NCBI GenBank assembly: GCA_947459425.1
Contig: CANHDJ010000002.1
Coordinates: forward strand, 60,051-124,050
Origin: Ignavibacteria bacterium
GTDB lineage: Bacteria > Bacteroidota > Ignavibacteria > Kapaibacteriales > UBA4661
Direction of reading: 5' to 3'
DNA: 64,000 nucleotides
Shown piece after piece: positions 58,015-64,000 of the stretch. The notes under the pieces are model-generated. The model was not told the origin of the DNA and did no database searches. It worked only from the letters and a program-made list of their open reading frames with translations. The translations under genes and the position numbers were made by a program. Within the stretch, counting starts at the first letter, position 1. Each line of letters opens with the position of its first letter.

Positions 58015-61000
58015 ATGAAATCTTGCTTCCAAAACATTCGGTTTTATCCCGGTTGTCATTTTTTCTTGTTTTGCTTGTGTCTCATTGTGAGCAATCTTGT
58101 TATGATAATTTCCACTGCCATATTGCCGACAACACTTCTAGCACAGCCGCTTTCAAGCGGAAGTGTCGGCAGAAGCGATTGCTCCGGTCAAGCATCCGCG
58201 CTTGCGCCGCAGAGGCAAGCTCCGATGCGGCTTTTGGCTGCGGGAGAGCGTTTGGCGAATGGTTATTATTCACTCGCAAAAGTTTGTGCTGCGCCGGATG
58301 CGGAATCGGGCAACGAATCAAGTATCAAACTGAGCGCAAACCTCAGCAACAATGCCGTCCCCAAGCACACCATGGGTTTGTATCTCAAAACGAAACAGCG
58401 TATCATTGTGGACGCAAGTGGTGTTATTATTCACGAAGCTGTACGAGCCGTTCTTTCGGCGTATTCCGTTCAGTCAGTTCGGGAATTGCCGCTTGACGTG
58501 CGGCGCGTAAGCGCAACTCCCACAGGTAAGGACATTTTTTTCACAACAATTCTTTTTACCGCCCCGACCGATGTACGCCGCTTGTGCGCTGATTTGGAAG
58601 CACTGCCCGATGTTGAATATGCCGAGCCGATGCAAACGCTTCAAGCCCGTCAAACCTTGTTTCCAACACCGAATGACCCGCTTTTTTCGCGGCAATACCA
58701 CTGGCAGCGTATTCGTGCGCAAGAGGCGTGGACGCTGACGCGGGGCGATTCGAGCGTTGTTGTTGCGGTTTGCGATACGGGCGTGGATTGGGAGCATGAG
58801 GATTTAGCGGCGAGTATTTGGACGAATCCGGGCGAGTCTGGGCGAGACGCACAAGGACGGGACAAGCGTTCAAACGGCGTGGATGATGATGGAAACGGAA
58901 AAATTGATGATTGGCACGGGTGGGATTTCGTCGGTGCTGCCCGCGAAGCCGATCTTTTGCAAGGAAATTTCCGCGAAGACAACGACCCCAAACTCCGCTT
59001 CAGAGGCGGGCTTGTGCCAAGCGAATTGCCAAATCACGGCACACACGTTGCCGGAAGTATCGCTGCGCAGATGAACAATATGCTGGGCGGCACAGGCATT
59101 GCGCCGCATTGCAAGTTGCTTCCGATTAAGTGCGGCACCGATGGAGACCGTATTGACGGGATTTATCGCGGCTACGAAGCAATCTTGTACGCCGCGCAGA
59201 TGGGCGCAAAGGTGATTGTATGCAGTTTTGGCGGTCGGCGGTATAGCCGTTTTGAACAGGATATCGTCAACACTGCAACGGATATGGGCGCATTGGTGGT
59301 GGCTGCCGCAGGCAATAGTGGCAGCGTGACGGATAACGCCGAGTTTCCTGCTTCCTACGATAATGTTCTTGCCGTTGGCTCCAGCAATCAAGCCGACCGC
59401 GCCACACCAAGCAGCGATTTTGGTTTGCTTGTGGATGTGTTCGCGCCCGGCGAATCTATTCTCAGCACCGCGACGGGCAATGCTTACACAGACGAGTTTT
59501 CAGGAACATCCATGGCAACACCGATGGCGGCTGGTGTGGCGGCACTGCTCCGCAGTCGTCGTCCCAATTTGACCCCGCGCCAAATTATTCAGCAAATTCG
59601 TGGAACATCGGATAATATCTTGCTTGGTGCGGGTTCACCATCGAACCGACCGCTTGGATTTTTTGGACGACTCAATGCCCTGCAAGCGCTCACAGCTTCT
59701 CCGGCGGGCTTGACGGTGCAAAGTGTGAGTATTGGTGCGGCTACGGGTGTGATTCAGGACGTACAACCCGTTTCCGTGCGGTTTTCGGTGCTGAATGTGC
59801 TGGCAATGGCGCAAAATGCACGAATCGAACTGCGCTCATTGGACGGAAAAGCGGTGGCGTTTGAACAAACACAAACACTCGGCACAATGCCGACCAACAC
59901 CGCGCAAATAGCCACTTTTAGCGTTCAACTCACCCCAGCAGCGCTTCAAGGAACGGGTTTGCGGACGGCAGAATTTGTCGTTGTATTTCTTGCCGATAAT
60001 GGTTATTTGAACTACGAGCGTTTATCGGTTCCGTACAATATTCGTCCTTCGCTGGGCGCACAAATGCTTGTTTCGCCATTGATGGATTTTAATGCGCCCG
60101 GCTCGGCGCAAGCATTGGTCAATAATGCTGGCTTGGCGGCGCTTTCTCTCAGTAATATCACGATTTCCGGCGCAAATGCAGCAGATTTTTCGACGACATT
60201 TGCCACGCCGTTTTCGCTTGCTGCATCGTCGTCAAGCGCCGTACCAGTGCGATTTTCGCCGCAAATGGGCAGCATCGGAGTTCGCACAGCAACGCTGACG
60301 CTGACGGCGCAGCCCTCAAGCGCTCCGATGCTTGAAGCAGTAGCGGGCGGTTACGAATTTTCCAGTATTCAAGTGCCTTACAACGAATTTTCTGATGGTA
60401 CGCCGCTTTTTGCGACGACGGGCATCGTGGATGACGCGCAATCTTCCGTCAGTATCGGCTTCCCGTTTCGCTTCGGCGGCGAAATGTATCAAAGCCTGAC
60501 GGTGAGTTCTAACGGCTTTGTAGCGTTTGCGCCCGTCGGTTCGCTTGTGCAGCAAGGAAGCATTATTACGCGACCATTGCATACATTTGTCAGCGCAAAA
60601 GGCTATATTGCTATTCTTGGCGCAGATATTGTGATGCCGACGACAAACACAATGGCAAGCGATGTTCGGCTCAGAACCGACGGCACGGCTCCGAATCGCA
60701 TTCTGACGGTGCAGTGGCGCAATGCCACACTGAAAGCCGCACCAGATGTGCGATTGAATGCGCAACTGCGTTTGTACGAAACGACGCAGCGTATAGAAAT
60801 GCAGTATGGAGCGTGTAGCATTCCCGCGACTCGCGGCACAGTGAGCGTTGATGTAGGTTTGCGCGGCGCTTCAAGCAGTGATATTCACAGCCGACGCGTG
60901 TCGGAAGATATTCGCGCTCCGTGGTCAAATTCCGCCGAAAGTACGTCTTCTGAGGATGCTTGCGAACTTTCTGCAACTAATTCGCCACAGGCAGGCTTGG

Positions 61001-61374
61001 TCTTTCGGTGGTCGCCCTTGCAAACGCCACGCAGCCTCAGTCTTGCGCCGATTGTGCGGCAAATTCTTCTTCGCGGTATTGCTGGCGGCATGACGAGTGT
61101 TGTTGCAGAACAGGGTAACGAAAATGCAGAATGCCGTATTTTCCCGAATCCGGCAGCGAACGAAGCGACGGTGGAAATAGTTGACGGCTCTGGCGAAGCC
61201 CACGTGAGTGTGAATAATGCACTCGGCACAACGCTCCTCTCCACAAGGCTGGACGCGCTGCAAGGGCAAAGCGTATTGCGCATCAAAACGAATGATTGGG
61301 CGCAAGGCGTTTATACGATTGTTGTTTCTATGCCGCATCAAACCTTGTATCGGCGTTTGGTCGTCCTACGGTAG
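58015..61374 (+). CDS. T9SS-secreted S8 subtilase with Ig/ASH-like and nidogen-like domains
   Basis: Triad VAVCDTGVD, HGTHVAG, GTSMATP; GFPFRFGG..VSSNG; CTD IFPNPA..GVYTIVV; start uncertain. Confidence 0.92.
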   Translation: MKSCFQNIRFYPGCHFFLFCLCLIVSNLVMIISTAILPTTLLAQPLSSGSVGRSDCSGQASALAPQRQAPMRLLAAGERLANGYYSLAKVCAAPDAESGNESSIKLSANLSNNAVPKHTMGLYLKTKQRIIVDASGVIIHEAVRAVLSAYSVQSVRELPLDVRRVSATPTGKDIFFTTILFTAPTDVRRLCADLEALPDVEYAEPMQTLQARQTLFPTPNDPLFSRQYHWQRIRAQEAWTLTRGDSSVVVAVCDTGVDWEHEDLAASIWTNPGESGRDAQGRDKRSNGVDDDGNGKIDDWHGWDFVGAAREADLLQGNFREDNDPKLRFRGGLVPSELPNHGTHVAGSIAAQMNNMLGGTGIAPHCKLLPIKCGTDGDRIDGIYRGYEAILYAAQMGAKVIVCSFGGRRYSRFEQDIVNTATDMGALVVAAAGNSGSVTDNAEFPASYDNVLAVGSSNQADRATPSSDFGLLVDVFAPGESILSTATGNAYTDEFSGTSMATPMAAGVAALLRSRRPNLTPRQIIQQIRGTSDNILLGAGSPSNRPLGFFGRLNALQALTASPAGLTVQSVSIGAATGVIQDVQPVSVRFSVLNVLAMAQNARIELRSLDGKAVAFEQTQTLGTMPTNTAQIATFSVQLTPAALQGTGLRTAEFVVVFLADNGYLNYERLSVPYNIRPSLGAQMLVSPLMDFNAPGSAQALVNNAGLAALSLSNITISGANAADFSTTFATPFSLAASSSSAVPVRFSPQMGSIGVRTATLTLTAQPSSAPMLEAVAGGYEFSSIQVPYNEFSDGTPLFATTGIVDDAQSSVSIGFPFRFGGEMYQSLTVSSNGFVAFAPVGSLVQQGSIITRPLHTFVSAKGYIAILGADIVMPTTNTMASDVRLRTDGTAPNRILTVQWRNATLKAAPDVRLNAQLRLYETTQRIEMQYGACSIPATRGTVSVDVGLRGASSSDIHSRRVSEDIRAPWSNSAESTSSEDACELSATNSPQAGLVFRWSPLQTPRSLSLAPIVRQILLRGIAGGMTSVVAEQGNENAECRIFPNPAANEATVEIVDGSGEAHVSVNNALGTTLLSTRLDALQGQSVLRIKTNDWAQGVYTIVVSMPHQTLYRRLVVLR

Positions 61375-61435
61375 GATTGCTCTCAAAAAAGTAAAAAAAT
61401 CCCCTCTTGTTTAACTCTACAATAGTGAGTTTGTT

Positions 61436-62818
61436 ATGAAAAATCGTCGCTTTATCTCGTTGTGGTCTGTTGCCATTGCTGCTTGCGGTCTTGCCGTCAG
61501 TGCATGGATGCAGCCCGCCTTTGCGCAAAAAAGTGGTGGCACGTCCGCTAAACCGCGCATTTCATTCAGCATTGTTTCTCACGGCGAAGCACTGCCTTTT
61601 ATCAATGAGCATGGTAAAAATTCAGCATCGCTCAATAATGGAGACACCGTTCCGACGCTTTTGATGCGTGAACGTTCTATCAGTCTTTTTCAGCGCGATA
61701 CGGCGTTTCAGACTGGCAGCGTTGCCATCAATCGCATTGGCGGCGACACCGAAGGTCTCTTGGTTGCGGCGTACTCAATGGAATATTTGGATTCGGCGCT
61801 CAGACCGCTTCCGAATCTCGGTCTCACAACCATACAGCTTCCTGTGCCGCTTCCTGTCGGTGCGGTGGTAAGCAATACGGCGTTCCCCGCGCCGCTTGCT
61901 GTCGGTATTAACGGGCTGCAAGGCGATCTTTCGCCGACAATGGCGAATGCAAATGGGCAACTTGCCGCCGTGCAAGCAGCCTCACGAAGTCTGCCGAATA
62001 CGGCAAATATTCAACCCGGTCAAAGACGAGTCTTGCTGAACTTTACAGCACGGTGGAGCGACCAATCTCTTTCGCCACGCACCGCAGGTTTGCAGGGGCG
62101 GCGCTATGTTCGCTTGACGCTTTTGCGGGTGAACGATTTTAACTACGAAGTCGGCGTAACGCTGGCAACCGTAATTTTGGATGACCCATTGCGCGTTGGT
62201 CCGGTCATTGCGAATGCTATTCAAGACAAACAGATGCAACGCGGCGCGACGGACTTGATTGAATTGGAAACACCGGGCTTTCGCGGCGACGGACAAGTCA
62301 ATACCGTGTTTTACGATCAAAATTACAATGTGCTGACCTATACGGCGCGGTCTTCCGATAGCACACTCGTCTCGGCTGTTACTCGTCAGAATGATGCTCG
62401 TGTTGGTGGTCGTCCGTCGTTGTTTTATGCCGTACAGCCCGGCGCTCCTGCTGGTGCTACGGTGACGATAACCGTGACGGCGAATGATGGCACGGGGCTT
62501 TCGGCGCAGGATTCCTTTATCATTAACATCGTCAATAGTGTGACATCGGTAGCAAATGCGCCGGAGGTGAATATGACCATTTCGCCAAATCCAAGCGCAG
62601 ACCGCATCAATATTGAATCCGTTGCAAAGCAAAGCGGACGAGTTCGGGTGCGAATTTCTAATGCTCTTGGCACTGAAGTCTTGAGTGAGGAGATTCCTGT
62701 CACTTTGGGTAGTCAATACCGCCATACCGTTGATGTGTCGGCGTTTCCGACGGGTGTGTATATGGTTGAAATTCAGGATGGCGCGGCACGAAGCGTTCGC
62801 AAAATTGTGAAGAACTAA
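61436..62818 (+). CDS. T9SS-secreted hypothetical protein with Ig/cadherin-like domain
   Basis: Signal ending AFAQ; TITVTANDG..DSFIINI; CTD ISPNPS..GVYMVEI. Confidence 0.85.
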   Translation: MKNRRFISLWSVAIAACGLAVSAWMQPAFAQKSGGTSAKPRISFSIVSHGEALPFINEHGKNSASLNNGDTVPTLLMRERSISLFQRDTAFQTGSVAINRIGGDTEGLLVAAYSMEYLDSALRPLPNLGLTTIQLPVPLPVGAVVSNTAFPAPLAVGINGLQGDLSPTMANANGQLAAVQAASRSLPNTANIQPGQRRVLLNFTARWSDQSLSPRTAGLQGRRYVRLTLLRVNDFNYEVGVTLATVILDDPLRVGPVIANAIQDKQMQRGATDLIELETPGFRGDGQVNTVFYDQNYNVLTYTARSSDSTLVSAVTRQNDARVGGRPSLFYAVQPGAPAGATVTITVTANDGTGLSAQDSFIINIVNSVTSVANAPEVNMTISPNPSADRINIESVAKQSGRVRVRISNALGTEVLSEEIPVTLGSQYRHTVDVSAFPTGVYMVEIQDGAARSVRKIVKN

Positions 62819-62888
62819 ACTGTGAACAATGTATTGAGGCATTAAGCCGATAATACAGAGGGCAACTCCCGAAAATACTGACTATTTC

Positions 62889-62934
62889 GCCCGATGATTC
62901 TATCTCCTTGAGATAAAACATCGGGCATTTTTTT
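62889..62934 (+). terminator. Intrinsic terminator
   Basis: GCCCGATG..TATCTC-CTT-GAGATA..CATCGGGC followed by A and T7. Confidence 0.75.
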
Positions 62935-62957
62935 GCCTTGATAAGCGGTTCTCTACG

Positions 62958-63002
62958 GTGAATCACCCCACGCCTAAAGGCAGGGGTTTTACGGCACATC
63001 TG
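62958..63002 (-). mobile_element. 45-bp IS200/IS605-type remnant (single hairpin flanked by left-end-like and right-end-like sequence)
   Basis: Minus strand TTAT|CAGATGTGCCGTAAAACCCCTGCCTTTAGGCGTGGGGTGATTCAC. Confidence 0.6.
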
Positions 63003-63969
63003 ATAATTCGCCCTTGCGCGGGAGCAGAACGACAAAAGTCGAGCCTTTGCCGACTTCGCTTTCAACCCAAATTTGCCCATGATGCAAATCCACAACGCGC
63101 TTGGTAATTGCCAAACCGACACCGTGCGATGATTCACCACCCGTAGGACGTGCTGAGAGGCGCTGGAAAAAGCCGAAGAGTTTTTGCTTATCTTCTGCGG
63201 TAAAACCGGGTCCTTCATCTTGCACTTCAAAACGAATGTTCTCCGGTAGAGCAATGACGCGGGTTTTGACGGTAGAACCGGGTGCCGAATACTTGAGGGC
63301 ATTGCTGACAAAATTCTCCAGCACTTGTTCGACCAATATCTTATCGGCAACAAGAGTAAAATCATCTCCGTCGGGCAGTAAGTCCAATATCTGCCCTTTT
63401 TCTTGAGCGCGAAGGCGATTTTGCTCGACGATGGTCTCTAAAAGTTTTTTCGCATTGCAGGATGAGCGGTTGACGTGAATTTCGCCCATTTCCATTGCTG
63501 AACTCGCCAACAGACTTTCTATCAGGTCTATCATGCGTTCGCAGGTGTCACGCATCCGTGCGCCTGCTTCGGGAAATTCCTCGACGGTAATTGCACCCAT
63601 TTCAATAAGCTGTACTGCTGCCAAAACGGTAGCGAGCGGGCTTTTCAGGTCGTGCGAAACTATACTGAGAAGTTCGGTTTTGCGGGAATTTGCCTCGCGG
63701 GCTTTGTGTAGATTGTCTTCAGATTCGGCAAGTGTTTTTTCTAATTGATTTTGAAGCCGAATGAGTTTGGTTTGCGTAAAATCGCTGATGCGCGTCAGTT
63801 GCGTTATTTCGCGGAGCATAACGTCGTAGCGGTCAGCCAGAATGCGGTATTCGTCGTGTAGTGCGGGCAAAGTAAGGTGTTCTGTGGGCGAAGAACTGAG
63901 CGATTTTGCACGGTGCAGAAGTTCTTCTTCTGCGCGAAAAACGGATTGCGGTTCGGTGCTGTTTTGCAT
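62989..63969 (-). CDS. Cytoplasmic histidine kinase with SiaD-like N-terminal coiled coil (may extend beyond window)
   Basis: LTRISDFTQ; SHDLKSP; NFVSNALKY, DEGPG, GVGLAI; frame open to window end. Confidence 0.88.
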   Translation of the reverse strand: MQNSTEPQSVFRAEEELLHRAKSLSSSPTEHLTLPALHDEYRILADRYDVMLREITQLTRISDFTQTKLIRLQNQLEKTLAESEDNLHKAREANSRKTELLSIVSHDLKSPLATVLAAVQLIEMGAITVEEFPEAGARMRDTCERMIDLIESLLASSAMEMGEIHVNRSSCNAKKLLETIVEQNRLRAQEKGQILDLLPDGDDFTLVADKILVEQVLENFVSNALKYSAPGSTVKTRVIALPENIRFEVQDEGPGFTAEDKQKLFGFFQRLSARPTGGESSHGVGLAITKRVVDLHHGQIWVESEVGKGSTFVVLLPRKGELSDVP

Positions 63970-64000
63970 GGAAGCGTGATAAATTCGTGAGATGTCGGCG

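Noticed and set aside
61982-62842. 286-aa minus-strand ORF
   Set aside because: Antisense shadow of the T9SS cargo gene.
1-64000. CRISPR array, prophage, integrase, reverse transcriptase or intact transposase
   Set aside because: No regularly spaced repeat-spacer pattern and no ORF with the relevant motifs were seen.

Overview
Mostly core-genome window from an FCB-superphylum bacterium. A Kapabacteria/Ignavibacteria-like lineage is inferred from five T9SS C-terminal-domain cargo proteins, Bacteroidota-type TTTG-N20-TAnnTTTG promoters at all three tRNAs and a Bacteroidota-like Zn-less Tgt. Housekeeping genes: uvrA, rimM, yicC, coaD, tRNA-Gln-prs-rplY, guaD, fni, priA, malQ, miaA, tdk, tgt, tRNA-Thr, ccmC, gcvH, accBC, efp, tRNA-Cys, pcm. 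Accessory parts: a YfiR plus CHASE8-HAMP-PAS sensor pair, a PspA-TerD-TerD cluster, a DUF4258/YgiT-type toxin-antitoxin pair, and two clusters of secreted/surface proteins (38-44 kb, 52-63 kb). No CRISPR array, prophage, integrase or intact transposase was seen. Best leads, all needing computational confirmation: (1) two coupled T9SS-secreted NodB-like barrel enzymes, one with four repeats resembling pseudomurein-binding repeats; (2) serine palmitoyltransferase plus a bCerS-like acyltransferase, suggesting ceramide synthesis; (3) a T9SS adhesin coupled to a beta-barrel/double-OmpA protein; (4) EF-P with Asn at the normally modified Lys/Arg tip; (5) a 45-bp IS200/IS605-type scar supplying the C-terminus of a SiaD-like kinase; (6) a nested inverted-repeat element between accB and accC; (7) a histone-H1-like Lys-rich tail on UvrA. 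All family assignments are by eye from motifs; no searches were run.
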